From Candidatus Spyradenecus sp. (GTDB taxonomy: Bacteria; Verrucomicrobiota; Verrucomicrobiia; Opitutales; UBA953): a stretch of DNA of 64,000 nucleotides. Shown here in pieces: positions 50,512 to 61,251 of this stretch; the first letter of the stretch is position 1; every line of letters begins with the position of its first letter. A program made the translations under genes and the position numbers. Under the pieces are notes generated by a model. It did not search any database and was not told where the DNA came from. It saw only the letters and a list, made by a program, of their open reading frames with translations. The stretch covers positions 32,001 through 96,000 of the forward strand of contig JAZSKX010000017.1 in assembly GCA_045535075.1 (NCBI GenBank). The letters are read 5' to 3'.

Positions 50512-53500
50512 TTAGAAGCAGTGGCGGAAGCCCGCGTTGAAATTGTGATTAATCTGTTCGTCCGTGCCGTATTGAAGCATGTAGCCCAAAGAAAGCGAGT
50601 CGCGTTCCGAAAGATCCACCGTCATCGAAGGCGCGATTGAGAATGCGTCCGACGAACCGATTGCCGCCGAAACATCAAACGCCGTGTCGCGGTATTGCTT
50701 AAACCGAGCATCGATGTCGGCGTCATCATCAACGAATTCATGGTGATAGGCGAGATCCAGGGAAACGCGAGCCTCCCAATCGCCGAGCGGGAACTTCCAG
50801 TCAAACGTAGCGCCGAGGCGCCCGCGAACGCTGTGAGCGTCGAAGGAATCGACGTCCAATCCGGCGATTCCGGACTCGTCAAACGATCCGACTTTCGAGA
50901 AGAGATACGAGAGCCCGATATACGGAGTAACCACGACAAGCTTGTTTTTGTCCTTGCTCAGCATGAAGCCTTTGCCGAGCGTTACCGCCGCACCGGCATT
51001 CCAACCGTCAGTATCGCCTTCCGATTTACCGACAAGCGTATTGCGTTCAATGTCGTAGCTGTTGAGTCCGAGGTGAAGCGCCCCGTCGAGGAAAATACTT
51101 CCGTCCCCAAGCAATCCGCTTGCAAAAGCCGTTGCCCGGAAGCCGTCGGAACGAATTTTCCCTCCGCTATTGTGCAAACTTGCACTCCCGTAATCGTAGC
51201 CCAGCGTAAATCCGTAAAGAGAGAAATCGTCCGGCTTAACGTCAAATCCGACGAGCGCTCCGTAGGAATTGAAATCAAAGTTCGCAGCGTCGCTTCCCGA
51301 GCCGTTTTCGACGACGCTCGTCTGAGCACGCGCGAAAAATTCAAGCCCGTTGTCATAAAGCTCATTCGTCGAATCGTAGCGACGATGCGATGCTCGCTCG
51401 GCAATTGCACGCCAATCATTTTCAAAGGAATTGCGCGACATCGCAATCATCGATGCATAGCCGATCGGAGAAAGCTTTGCGATTTCATCTGCAAGAGCGG
51501 ATGCCGAAACCTGATTCAGGGCAACGCCGATCGGGCCCCAGTTTGCCAGCAATTCGGACTCGAAAATAATTCCCGTGGCAATGCCGGCATCAACGCCGCT
51601 CATTTCATCAAGAACGTCCGTAAAGCTTCCCGCCAATCCGTCTCTCAAACCGCCGACTTCCGCTAAGGATGTACCGACCGCATATGCGGAAATCACGCCG
51701 GTGTCGCTTTGAGAAAGCATCAGCGAGGTTGCGCCGTTGGTCAGCTTCCCGTAGCCGAAAAGCGCAGTCAGTTCTTCCTTGGAATAGGTCGTTCCCGAGA
51801 GCGAATTGAAAAGAACCAACTCGTTCCCGCGCGTCGCTGCCGCCGTTCCCGTGAGGCGAATTACGCCGTTGTTTTCAAAGGTTCCCGCGTAATCAATAGA
51901 ATCTCCGTTGTTTACATCGAGAACAACCGTGCCGTCGTTTACAAAATTTCCGCCGACCGTCGCGTCTGCCGTTGTTGCCGCCGACGTTGTCTTGGCGATG
52001 GCGGGAACTTTGACTCCGGTCAGCTTAACGCCGCCTTTCATTGTTCCGCCGTTTTCGACTTTCAAAATTGAAGTCGCCAGAGAAACATTTTTGAATTCGG
52101 CTGTTGTCCCGTTCTCGACAGTCGTCGTTCCCGTGTAAGTCTGATTCGCCGAAACCGAAGTCGTCTTGGACCCGCGGAACGCAACATTGCCGGTACCGGA
52201 AATTGAGCGATCGAGCACTTCGTTCGCTTCTCCTGCGCGGATAACGAAAGTTCCCGCAGAATTTTTGGCATCACTCGCCAAAGTCGTAAACCCGACGGCA
52301 GAATCAATTGCACTCAACCCGGAAACAATCAATTCTCCCTGGTCCACACCCAAAACCAAACGCGTGTTTGCAGAAGTCGTTGCTGCAGCCCAAAGCGCGT
52401 CCGAAGCAAAAAGAAGGCTCTTCCCGCCGTCCGCGACTCCGTCAAAAGCAAGAGAGGAAGTCCCGTTCCCGCTTTTAATCAGCGAAACGGTTCCGACCTT
52501 TGCTCCTTCATCCATGCGCACTTCGACATCGGAAAGGCGATTGCTACGATCCGAATTCGTCGTGAAATAGATTGTTGCATCGTTCTTTACGCGCAAGCCT
52601 CCGGTCGGCGTGTTGTTCAACTTCGAAGCTTCCGCACTGACCTGAACCTTACCGTTATCGACAAGGATCGTTCCCGTCGCCTGGACATCTTCAATGTTCA
52701 AGCAACCTTTTCCGGAAACAACGACATTGGCATTAAAGCTTCCTCCGATCGTCGTGTCATGATTTTGAGCAAGGAAAACCTGTTTTGACGTTTCGAGACC
52801 GCCGGTTGTTTGCAATGATGCCAGTTTGACTCCGGTTCCCGTCACGACGATTTTAAAGCTTCCGGCATCCAAAACGCCGTTAAAGTACCTACCGCCGTCA
52901 ACCGCCGTCGAAGTAAGCATCGACGTTCCCGTCAATTCAAGCGTTTCGGAAGAGGAGCTCGCAGTTTCAAGCAACGCAATCGTTCCGGAGCCTTCGATTT
53001 TCGAAAGATCCGGGGTTACGTCGTAGGCGCACTCGAGGGAAAGCGTTGCTCCCGCGACCACAACCGCCGAGTTAAATTTGAACGCATCCGAGCCTTCAAG
53101 ACGAAGTTCTCCTTCCAAAACCTGCAAATCCGAGCCGAGCCAAGAAGCGGCATTGGACGATTCAATCGTAAGGCTTCCCGTGCCGATTTTTCCGAGCTTT
53201 CGGTTTCCTGCGGGAACGCTCGCGTCGAACAACACTTTCCCGTCCAAGCGGGCGTCCGCAGAATCCGTTGCGAAAATCACGCGGGCATTTTCTCCCGTAA
53301 GCGCGACATCGTGATCAAGAATTGTCGTAATCAGCGTTGCCGAATCCGAGACGGAAAGCGCAACCTGAGACTCAAGCTCTCCGTTGAAAACGAAGGTTCC
53401 CGTTCCTCCGACTTTGAATTCCGTTGCCGTCGCATTCGTCCCGTACACGCCGACGGAACCCGTATATGCGCCAAACGCGGAATAATCCGTCGAAACAACA

Positions 53501-56500
53501 CGGTTTACGGTTGTCGCGTAAGATGCAGCGTTATTTGTAAAGGCAACGCCGTTCGTGTTTTTGAGTGCGAGGGTCAGCGCCGTCGGAGCATCCGTGTTAA
53601 TGAAAACATTTCCGCCTCCGGCGAGCTCTTTAAATGCCTGATTCGTCGCGATGTAAAGAGAACCGTTCCCGCCGATATTTGCCGACGCAGAATCGGAAAG
53701 CAGGTTTTCCGTAGCCAAGTAAAGATTGCCTTCCGTAACCGACAGAGTTCCGACGAAATCCTTTCCGGCGCTCCCCGTGTTTCGGAGAGTCAAATCTCCC
53801 GTTCCCGATTTTTCGATCGTTCCCGCCCCGGCAAACGCGCGATCAACCGTCGCCGCCTTCGTCGCACTTAATTCAAGTGTCGCGCCCGCAGCCACGGAAA
53901 CGGATTTTCCGGCTCCGACAAAATCGGCATCGACCAAAGCGAGCTCACCGGCTTCAACAGCGAGATTTCCGCTCAAAGTCGTCGAGCCGTTCAAAGTCAA
54001 AACACCCGTTCCCGCCTTAACTAAATTCCCTTTGTTATCCATCGTTCCCGCCCACGTAACGACACCATCCGCTTGATTGAGCGTCAAAGTCGAATTCGCA
54101 TTGCTGACGAAAATATCGCCCTGCGCTTTTACGTCGGACTCCGAGCGGGAATACAGGCTCATGGTCAAATTACCGCCGGCGACAATGGTTTTTCCGAAAT
54201 AATTTACTTCCGAACCGAAAGTGAGCGAGCCTTCGCCTTTCTTTTCGAAATTTCCGTCGCCCGTTAGAGCCTTATCAAACGTGTATTCCTTAGAAGCGTC
54301 CGTTCCCGTGTTAACGGAAAGCGTTGCTCCCGCCGCGACAGAGATCCCGTCGGCAAACGTTCCTTCGGTGTAGGCATCGACATCCATTTCGACTGCGCCG
54401 CCGAGGACTTTGAGCGATTTCGCCTCAACCGTTCCCGCGATGGTAACGCGTTCGTCTCCGACCTTAATAATATTGTTTGCCGCCAGTCTTCCGTTAAAGG
54501 AAAGACGGTCGATCATTTCATTCAAGTCGGCAGAATCGGTTCCCGCATTCTGCCCAAGCAACTTAACGTAGAGGCGCGTCACGTCGGCAACCGTTACGGT
54601 GTTCGGTTCCACGTCACGACCGAAAAGCTCTTTCAACGCTTTGCGTTCCGACGAGCCGAACTGTTCGTTTTTGAAGTAAGCCACTAACGCTTCTGCCTGA
54701 TTTTCCGTGAGCCCAGAGCCCCGGAAATCCAAAATCGGCTTGAGATAAGTTTTAACAAGCTTATCGGAATCGTTCCCGCTCGTGCTCGGGTAGGTTTGCA
54801 GAATTCTGTCGCTGTTGCCGAGATCGTCGGTTACGATTACGCCGAGCGCGTTTCCGACGGACGCCTGATATGCGGAATTAAGGACGGAGCGGCGGGAAGC
54901 GTCTGCTCCCAACTGCAAATCTCCGTTTTCAAGCGAGAGTTCCGTATTGGTTCCGCCGACGAGAGAAACCAGATTCTGCGCTCCCGCAAACGTTACCGTC
55001 GTTCCCGCATTCATCCAAACCATGGACGAATTCCAAAGCGATTGCGATTTTGTCGCATTGATTGCGCCTTCCTCAATCACCGTCGCGCCCATGTAAGAAA
55101 TCATGGAGCCGCCGTCGAGAGTTAAAGTCTTTGCTCCGGTTTTTACGAGATTCCCGGTCCCTGTAATTGCTCCGGAGAATCGGCTGTATTCCAGCTCGTC
55201 CCCATTCCCGGTTTTGCCCGAGATTCCAAGAACGTCGTCCGTCGCATCAAGGGTTGTACAGACGGTCAGAGTCGAGCGTCCCAAATCCACCTTGGAATAA
55301 TAATCACCCGTGAGATTATTGATTTTTTGGTTGGTGTTATTAAACGAAAGAGTCGAAATCTGCGAACCGGCATAAAGGTCCGTTTCCGTTCCGACTTTCC
55401 CCGCAAGAACGACGGCTTTTGCATTGCCGACGGACCCGCCCGAGAATTCAACGCTGTCCGTGTAGGAAAGACGTTCCAAATCGGCACCGGAAATTACCTG
55501 TTCTTTGCCGGCTGCATCCGTGTAGTAATAAACGCGTTCCCCGAGAGCATTTTTGTAGTACGCAACGTTATCGAAGGTTTCTCCGAGCTCGGTCGTGTAA
55601 GTTCCGAATCCGTTCACGTCATAATAGCGATAATTGCCTTCGGCGTCCGTGTAGCCCGCCAAATCCTGTGCGGTGAGAACGAGCGTCAGCCCGCGTTCCA
55701 CAAAAACTTCGCCCGTAATAAAACGCTGTTCGACACCGAGCTCAATCGTTCCCGGGTTGCGGCTATCGCTGACGTCAATCGGCCCGCCCAAAGTGTCGAT
55801 AAGAGCAAACGTACTAAAATGAACATCCTGCAGGTTAATGCGTGTTTTCAACGTTTCCGTTGCATTTTCGACAAGCGTAAAGTTCACGCCGTCCGCCGCA
55901 TAAAGCCCGGGTTCTTTCACCCAGTTTGCCGCATTGTATGCCTCGCCTTTGGTCCAGTCGTAGCTTCCCGGATCCAAATCGATTGCCGTAATGTTGACAA
56001 CGACATTGCCGGCTTCAAGCAATGCGAGCTTTTCATAATTTGCGCCTTCAAGCATCAGCGCAAGATCCCCGGCTCCGTACTTAACGACGGTTCCGCCCTT
56101 AATAAGCGAGCCGTCCGCATTTACGCCGGCGGCATCTCCGGCCTCGTTCACACCGCAAATCGTTCCTTTGTAAATCCCGCCCTTGCCGGCTTCCTGATAA
56201 AGCGCAAGCACGGAACCTTCTTTAACCGCCAAGTAAGAACCGCTTCCCGTTCCCGCGACAATCGGAGCATCTTTGTCTGCGGAATCCGCGGCGTTTTGGA
56301 CTGCGCTCGCCGCAGAAAGATTCGTATCGAGCGCTCCGACTCCGTTCGCAAACATCGCTTGGAAATTGCGAATCGCCTCGTTGTTGTTCACGACGAGCGT
56401 TCCCGCAGAAGAATCCGTGAAAAATGCCTCTTTGTAATAAGTAACCTGAACTGTGTTTTGATCTCGGCGTTCCGTGCGGTCAAACAGAACACGCACATCC

Positions 56501-57585
56501 GCACCCAAGCGCGACGCTTCCGAAAGGGAAGACGTTACCGCACCGTTCCCGCTGGAGTTTTGGGGATCGATCGTTCCCGCAATCGTCAGCGAACCGGCAT
56601 TCCAAAGCGTACGCCCGTATTCCAAATCACCGTAGCCGTACTTTGCCAACGCTCCCGTGACATCCACGGAAATCGCATCATTGACGGCGGCATTCAAAAC
56701 AACGCTTCCGCCTGCGACGAAGAACTTCCCGCTGAAATCGCGGTTCTCGCTCAGCATCGTAAGCTTGCCTTCGCCGGTTTTATAAATATCCGCATCCCCG
56801 ATGATATAACCGACGGATCCTCCGTCCTGCAAAGTCCCGTTCGGATTTGTGCTATCCCACGCATCAATATGAATATTGACGTGATAAATATCGTCTGCCG
56901 ACTTCGTCGTGTTCCCGTTGTTGCGCCCGACATCCAAAAATGAGCCTGCCTGGTCGTTATTTTCCCCGGCTCGGAGATTGTGGAGGAAAACAAAAACATT
57001 TTTCCCCGCCATCGGTTTTTCCCCGCCGTTCGAAAAATTGTAAAGAAAGCGGCTTTGCCCGACATTTAAATAGGCTCCGTTCCAAAGCGTGATCTTGTCA
57101 ACACCCGCCATCTCGCCTTCCCGCGGCAATCCGGCAACCATGCTGTTCACCTGAGGACCATAGTCTTTCCACAAATTCACATAGCCGCTGAGCAAAAGCG
57201 TTCCGGATCGGACGACCAGCTCTCCCGCATTCCAAGAGGGATATTGGATATCCTTTGGCCACGTTTCTACGATTGAACCGGCTTCACTTACGCTAATTGA
57301 GGCCTTCTCGGAGAGATTGGACTGATAAACGGCATAAACATCCGTTCCGTCCGAACGCCCGAAAATTTCAAGCGTTCCGTCGCCGGATTTGACTAGCGTT
57401 CCCGAGCCGGAGAAATTGGAGGAAATCGTCAAATTGGTATCGTTATCAACCTCGATTGTTCGATCTGCGTAGTTGGTAAAATTGGTTCCGTCCGCCCGGT
57501 CGTACGGTGCTGCGCCGGAAAGAACGGCACCGGCAATGAGACCCGCGGCCAATAAAGTTGTTTTCGTAAGAATCGGGAAACGCAT
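50512..57585 (-). CDS. Large autotransporter (2357 aa), paralog of the downstream gene
   Basis: Signal peptide, LVKSGDGTL-type repeats, and a barrel ending GFRHCF. Confidence 0.9.
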   Translation of the reverse strand: MRFPILTKTTLLAAGLIAGAVLSGAAPYDRADGTNFTNYADRTIEVDNDTNLTISSNFSGSGTLVKSGDGTLEIFGRSDGTDVYAVYQSNLSEKASISVSEAGSIVETWPKDIQYPSWNAGELVVRSGTLLLSGYVNLWKDYGPQVNSMVAGLPREGEMAGVDKITLWNGAYLNVGQSRFLYNFSNGGEKPMAGKNVFVFLHNLRAGENNDQAGSFLDVGRNNGNTTKSADDIYHVNIHIDAWDSTNPNGTLQDGGSVGYIIGDADIYKTGEGKLTMLSENRDFSGKFFVAGGSVVLNAAVNDAISVDVTGALAKYGYGDLEYGRTLWNAGSLTIAGTIDPQNSSGNGAVTSSLSEASRLGADVRVLFDRTERRDQNTVQVTYYKEAFFTDSSAGTLVVNNNEAIRNFQAMFANGVGALDTNLSAASAVQNAADSADKDAPIVAGTGSGSYLAVKEGSVLALYQEAGKGGIYKGTICGVNEAGDAAGVNADGSLIKGGTVVKYGAGDLALMLEGANYEKLALLEAGNVVVNITAIDLDPGSYDWTKGEAYNAANWVKEPGLYAADGVNFTLVENATETLKTRINLQDVHFSTFALIDTLGGPIDVSDSRNPGTIELGVEQRFITGEVFVERGLTLVLTAQDLAGYTDAEGNYRYYDVNGFGTYTTELGETFDNVAYYKNALGERVYYYTDAAGKEQVISGADLERLSYTDSVEFSGGSVGNAKAVVLAGKVGTETDLYAGSQISTLSFNNTNQKINNLTGDYYSKVDLGRSTLTVCTTLDATDDVLGISGKTGNGDELEYSRFSGAITGTGNLVKTGAKTLTLDGGSMISYMGATVIEEGAINATKSQSLWNSSMVWMNAGTTVTFAGAQNLVSLVGGTNTELSLENGDLQLGADASRRSVLNSAYQASVGNALGVIVTDDLGNSDRILQTYPSTSGNDSDKLVKTYLKPILDFRGSGLTENQAEALVAYFKNEQFGSSERKALKELFGRDVEPNTVTVADVTRLYVKLLGQNAGTDSADLNEMIDRLSFNGRLAANNIIKVGDERVTIAGTVEAKSLKVLGGAVEMDVDAYTEGTFADGISVAAGATLSVNTGTDASKEYTFDKALTGDGNFEKKGEGSLTFGSEVNYFGKTIVAGGNLTMSLYSRSESDVKAQGDIFVSNANSTLTLNQADGVVTWAGTMDNKGNLVKAGTGVLTLNGSTTLSGNLAVEAGELALVDADFVGAGKSVSVAAGATLELSATKAATVDRAFAGAGTIEKSGTGDLTLRNTGSAGKDFVGTLSVTEGNLYLATENLLSDSASANIGGNGSLYIATNQAFKELAGGGNVFINTDAPTALTLALKNTNGVAFTNNAASYATTVNRVVSTDYSAFGAYTGSVGVYGTNATATEFKVGGTGTFVFNGELESQVALSVSDSATLITTILDHDVALTGENARVIFATDSADARLDGKVLFDASVPAGNRKLGKIGTGSLTIESSNAASWLGSDLQVLEGELRLEGSDAFKFNSAVVVAGATLSLECAYDVTPDLSKIEGSGTIALLETASSSSETLELTGTSMLTSTAVDGGRYFNGVLDAGSFKIVVTGTGVKLASLQTTGGLETSKQVFLAQNHDTTIGGSFNANVVVSGKGCLNIEDVQATGTILVDNGKVQVSAEASKLNNTPTGGLRVKNDATIYFTTNSDRSNRLSDVEVRMDEGAKVGTVSLIKSGNGTSSLAFDGVADGGKSLLFASDALWAAATTSANTRLVLGVDQGELIVSGLSAIDSAVGFTTLASDAKNSAGTFVIRAGEANEVLDRSISGTGNVAFRGSKTTSVSANQTYTGTTTVENGTTAEFKNVSLATSILKVENGGTMKGGVKLTGVKVPAIAKTTSAATTADATVGGNFVNDGTVVLDVNNGDSIDYAGTFENNGVIRLTGTAAATRGNELVLFNSLSGTTYSKEELTALFGYGKLTNGATSLMLSQSDTGVISAYAVGTSLAEVGGLRDGLAGSFTDVLDEMSGVDAGIATGIIFESELLANWGPIGVALNQVSASALADEIAKLSPIGYASMIAMSRNSFENDWRAIAERASHRRYDSTNELYDNGLEFFARAQTSVVENGSGSDAANFDFNSYGALVGFDVKPDDFSLYGFTLGYDYGSASLHNSGGKIRSDGFRATAFASGLLGDGSIFLDGALHLGLNSYDIERNTLVGKSEGDTDGWNAGAAVTLGKGFMLSKDKNKLVVVTPYIGLSYLFSKVGSFDESGIAGLDVDSFDAHSVRGRLGATFDWKFPLGDWEARVSLDLAYHHEFVDDDADIDARFKQYRDTAFDVSAAIGSSDAFSIAPSMTVDLSERDSLSLGYMLQYGTDEQINHNFNAGFRHCF

Positions 57586-57602
57586 AGGAAAAAAGATTAA
57601 AA

Positions 57603-58760
57603 TTATTCGTTGGGTTCGAGAACAAAGGTCGTACCTTCTTTAAGAATGTAGCCTTCGGGGGATTTTTCTAAAATGGCTAACGCTCCGGAGCCGGTTACCG
57701 CCGCCAAGCGGACAAGAATCGGCTCGCCGTCCAACGCAACGACGAGGCGGCATTTCGCTCCCTCCTTCAATCCTTGCGTATTGCTGACGGCAATCTGGAA
57801 ACGCGTATTGCTGAAAAGCATACTGATTTTTCCGGTGATTTTCGCGGGAACGGCGGGAGCGGCTTTTTCTTCCGCAGGTTTTTCCGCCGGAGCTGCTTCG
57901 GAAGCAACTTCCACCGGAATATCCGTTGCGACTGCCGGCGCGTCCGAACCGGGCATAATCGCAGAGCGAGCCGCAAATGCACCGCTCCAAACCTTAATCA
58001 TTCGCCCTTTGAGCGGGAGCAAAATTTCAACTACGCGAGAGCCGACGGGAAGCTCCGTCAGCGCACCGTCCGTCAGCGTCGCGGGAGCGCCGTCAACCTT
58101 GACAACCGCGCCTTGCTGAAGCGCCAACACCAAGGGAACGTCCGGCAAAACAATTTTACCGTCGGGTTTTTGCGCCGGAATGTTCCCGCGCAAATCAAAA
58201 TTCAGTTTTGTCATTTCTCCGGCTCGGATTTTTACGCGTCGCGTCTGCACGCCGTAGCGGGAAGAACGCGCCTCCACGGTTACTTCCTGCCCGAGCGGCA
58301 ATCCGCCCATCATCAGAGAACCGTGCCCTTTGAGTTCTCCGTCAACAAACAGCGCGACATCTCCCGGAAGGCACGAAACCATCAATTCTCCCGTGCGCAT
58401 TTTAAGCTCCGGAGCCAATTTCGTAATTTCTCCGCCGCGCAACAAAACATTTTCAATGCGGCAGGGAGCCTGCGCGTCCCGATGCTCAAAAATAAAAACA
58501 TGCGTTCCCGCGGGGACATTTACGGAATCAAAAACGCCGTCGCTCCCGACGGTGCCGACGGGAAGTTTTTCTTCTCCGGCTAAGCGAAAAATTTGAGTTC
58601 CGGGTTCTGCCCTGACAATGAAAAACGGACGTGCGACCGCCGCAGAAGCCGCTTCCGCAAAGGCTCCGACGGGAACGACGATCCATGCGGCGAATACGGC
58701 AATCACCCAAAAAAACCAAGGAACAAACGAAATATTCTGTAAGCGAGTGAGAAAAGACAT
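57603..58760 (-). CDS. PEGA-domain exported or membrane-anchored protein
   Basis: N-terminal hydrophobic segment and PEGA-like units (GELMVSCLPGDVALFVDG...VKIRAGE). Confidence 0.65.
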   Translation of the reverse strand: MSFLTRLQNISFVPWFFWVIAVFAAWIVVPVGAFAEAASAAVARPFFIVRAEPGTQIFRLAGEEKLPVGTVGSDGVFDSVNVPAGTHVFIFEHRDAQAPCRIENVLLRGGEITKLAPELKMRTGELMVSCLPGDVALFVDGELKGHGSLMMGGLPLGQEVTVEARSSRYGVQTRRVKIRAGEMTKLNFDLRGNIPAQKPDGKIVLPDVPLVLALQQGAVVKVDGAPATLTDGALTELPVGSRVVEILLPLKGRMIKVWSGAFAARSAIMPGSDAPAVATDIPVEVASEAAPAEKPAEEKAAPAVPAKITGKISMLFSNTRFQIAVSNTQGLKEGAKCRLVVALDGEPILVRLAAVTGSGALAILEKSPEGYILKEGTTFVLEPNE

Positions 58761-58898
58761 CTAGGAAAAGGGGAAATATGAGCAGGGTTTGTTTCCTGCC
58801 ATAACACAGCTTTTGACGCGGGAAGTCAAGCACGCTATTAGAGAGAATTCCGCTTAAAATACTCGCGTAAACACCGAAAAGTCCGCCCTCGCATGCAC

Positions 58899-58932
58899 AA
58901 AAAAAATCCGAAAGGCGAAAACCTTTCGGATT
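58899..58932 (-). terminator. Intrinsic terminator after ferredoxin
   Basis: Stem AATCCGAAAGG / CCTTTCGGATT with a U tract on the minus strand. Confidence 0.8.
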
Positions 58933-58949
58933 AAAGAAGAGACGGAAAA

Positions 58950-59183
58950 TTATTCCCCGTCGTCGCCGATTGCATCAACCGGGCAAGAACCCTTTGCTTC
59001 TTCGCAAAGAGCAATTTCTTCGTCCGTCGTCGGTTGCTTGATGACGATCGTCACGCCGTTGTCGTCGTCACGCGCGAAGAAATCGGGTGCCATTTCGCGA
59101 CAGACGTCGCAATCGATGCACTGGTTGTCAACGTAGAACTTACCGGGAACGCATCCCTCATTTTTATCATCAATGTTTGCCAT
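58950..59183 (-). CDS. Monocluster 4Fe-4S ferredoxin
   Basis: CIDCDVC...CPVDAI; ATG at 59183. Confidence 0.92.
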   Translation of the reverse strand: MANIDDKNEGCVPGKFYVDNQCIDCDVCREMAPDFFARDDDNGVTIVIKQPTTDEEIALCEEAKGSCPVDAIGDDGE

Positions 59184-59193
59184 AGAACTCCCC

Positions 59194-59221
59194 AGTATGC
59201 GACTCTTCCCTTCGTTGTCAA
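59194..59221 (-). promoter_or_regulatory. Sigma70-type promoter of ferredoxin
   Basis: TTGACA-N16-CATACT, ending 10 nt before the ATG. Confidence 0.5.
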
Positions 59222-59327
59222 AGGTAAAGCCGAAATTATCTGTTGTTGATCGGATGCTCCCGCACGAAAAGCGGAAGCTGAAACTTGGAGCTTTCTTAAT
59301 TTCGCCGCTTGCGTTAGTCTTTCGGGC

Positions 59328-60533
59328 ATGGCTTGCAATAATATTTCCGGTTCTCAAGGTCGCTACGCCGCCCGCGGCGTTTCTTCGTCCAAAGATGAAG
59401 TTCACGCCGTCGTCGATAAAATCGACAAAGGGCTTTTCCCGGGCGCGTTTTGCAAAATCACGGAAGATTTTCTCACCGGGAATCCGGAATTGTGTAACTG
59501 CACGCACTCCGACGGCTCGGGAACGAAATCATTGCTCGCCTATATGTATTGGAAAGAAACCGGCGACGCCTCCGTTTACCGCGGGATCGCACAAGACAGC
59601 ATTGTCATGAACATCGACGATCTGCTCTGCATCGGCGTTACCGGCAACACGATTATTTCCTCGACCATCAATCGCAACGCCAAGTCCATCCCCGGCGAAG
59701 TTCTTGCCCAACTCATCGGCGGGACCGAAGAATTTTTGCAAATGCTCCGCGACTATGGCGTCGATATTCGCTCCGGCGGCGGCGAGACCGCCGATGTCGG
59801 CGACCTTACGCCCACCTGCACCGTCGATTCCTGCGCAACTTCCGTGCTCCCGCGTTCCCGCGTTGTCGATGCCGCCCGCATTCGCCCCGGACTTTCCATC
59901 GTCTCGCTCGCGTCTTCGGGAACTTGTGCTTACGAACCCGTTGAAAACTCCGGCATCGCCTCCAACGGGCTCACCTCCGCGCGCCACGAAATGCTTTCTA
60001 AATACTACGCAGAAAAATATCCGGAAACTTTCGACAAGCGCATCGACCCGGAATTTGTTTACTGCGGCCCCTACAAAATGACCGACGCGCTCCCGGGATC
60101 AACGCTCACCGTCGGGAAAGCCCTGCTCTCGCCGACACGCACCTACGCGCCGTTTGTTCTGCGTTTGCTCAAGGAGCTTCCCGTTGAGCGCGTCTATGGG
60201 CTCATTCATTGTTCGGGCGGCGCGATGACGAAGTGCATCCGCTTCGGCTCCAACGTTCATTTCATTAAGGACAATCTGCTTCCGGTCCCGCCGATTTTCA
60301 AAGCTATTCGCGACGCAAGCAAAACCGATGCCGCCGAAATGCACCGCGTTTACAACATGGGGCAACGTCTCGAAATTTACGTCGAAGAAAAAGACGTTCC
60401 CGCAGTTCGGCAAATTGCGGATTCGCTCGGAATTGTCTCACAGGTTACGGGACGCACCGAAGCCTCCCAAAAAGCTGACGGCTCCAACCACATCACGCTC
60501 ACGAGCGCCGACGGCGAAATCGTCGAATATTAA
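59328..60533 (+). CDS. purM: Phosphoribosylformylglycinamidine cyclo-ligase (AIR synthase)
   Basis: [37 protein letters not shown] and YNMG. Confidence 0.88.
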   Translation: MACNNISGSQGRYAARGVSSSKDEVHAVVDKIDKGLFPGAFCKITEDFLTGNPELCNCTHSDGSGTKSLLAYMYWKETGDASVYRGIAQDSIVMNIDDLLCIGVTGNTIISSTINRNAKSIPGEVLAQLIGGTEEFLQMLRDYGVDIRSGGGETADVGDLTPTCTVDSCATSVLPRSRVVDAARIRPGLSIVSLASSGTCAYEPVENSGIASNGLTSARHEMLSKYYAEKYPETFDKRIDPEFVYCGPYKMTDALPGSTLTVGKALLSPTRTYAPFVLRLLKELPVERVYGLIHCSGGAMTKCIRFGSNVHFIKDNLLPVPPIFKAIRDASKTDAAEMHRVYNMGQRLEIYVEEKDVPAVRQIADSLGIVSQVTGRTEASQKADGSNHITLTSADGEIVEY

Positions 60534-60630
60534 TTCGAACTCTAAAAACCGGAATCGGCAATTCCCTCGCTTTCGTCGAACAAAACAGGGGTTTGCCGAT
60601 TTTCCTTTCTCCGGATAAATCGATTTCCCA

Positions 60631-61251
60631 ATGAACACGCTTCAAACTCTCGGCATCGCCGTCGCGCTGGCATCGGACGCAATGATTGTCGCCTTTTCCT
60701 ACGGCGCAATCATCCGCTCCGGACGCCGAGCCGCCGCTCTAAAACTCGCGGGAACGACGGCGTTTTTTCAGGCGCTCATGCCGATTTTGGGCTTCATGGC
60801 GGCAAACAGCGTTCTCCGCTACTGCACAAGCTGGGAACCTTGGATCGCCTTTGCCGTTTTCGGAACTCTCGGCGGAACAATTATTTACAACGCAATTTTT
60901 AACCACGAAAATAAAAACGCCGCAATGCAGGACGACGGATGCGCCTGCGGGAAATGCGTATTGGGCGGCAAACGCCTGATCGCCGTCGGCATCGCAACGA
61001 GTATCGACGCGCTTTTTGTCGGCGCCGGAATGCACTGCCTCGCGGGAGCGCACGTCGAGCTCGCAGACGTTTTTCCGGCGGCGACAATTATCGGCGGCAT
61101 AACTTTCTTCGGGGTTTTAAGCGCATTCGGTGTTTCTCGGATTTTCAGAAAACTGCCGCAGCGAATCATGGAAATCGCGGCAGGATTAATTCTGCTTTCT
61201 CTCGGCGTCATCGCGCTCGCCCAACACCTTTGCGCGGAGGCGGGAAAATGA
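60631..61251 (+). CDS. mntP: Manganese efflux pump, MntP family
   Basis: ALASDAM, FQALMP and IATSIDA motifs; multiple TM helices. Confidence 0.8.
   Translation: MNTLQTLGIAVALASDAMIVAFSYGAIIRSGRRAAALKLAGTTAFFQALMPILGFMAANSVLRYCTSWEPWIAFAVFGTLGGTIIYNAIFNHENKNAAMQDDGCACGKCVLGGKRLIAVGIATSIDALFVGAGMHCLAGAHVELADVFPAATIIGGITFFGVLSAFGVSRIFRKLPQRIMEIAAGLILLSLGVIALAQHLCAEAGK

Noticed and set aside
60549..60615. Hairpin upstream of mntP as a yybP-ykoY manganese riboswitch
   Set aside because: A stem (AATCGGCAA...TTGCCGATT) is present, but I cannot find the conserved riboswitch motifs; it is more likely a purM terminator or a repeat.
60939..61247. ORF-track upstream extensions of thiL, atpF, ferredoxin, HPr and the S8 autotransporter
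   Set aside because: They overlap neighbouring genes or repeats; family homology begins at downstream ATGs.
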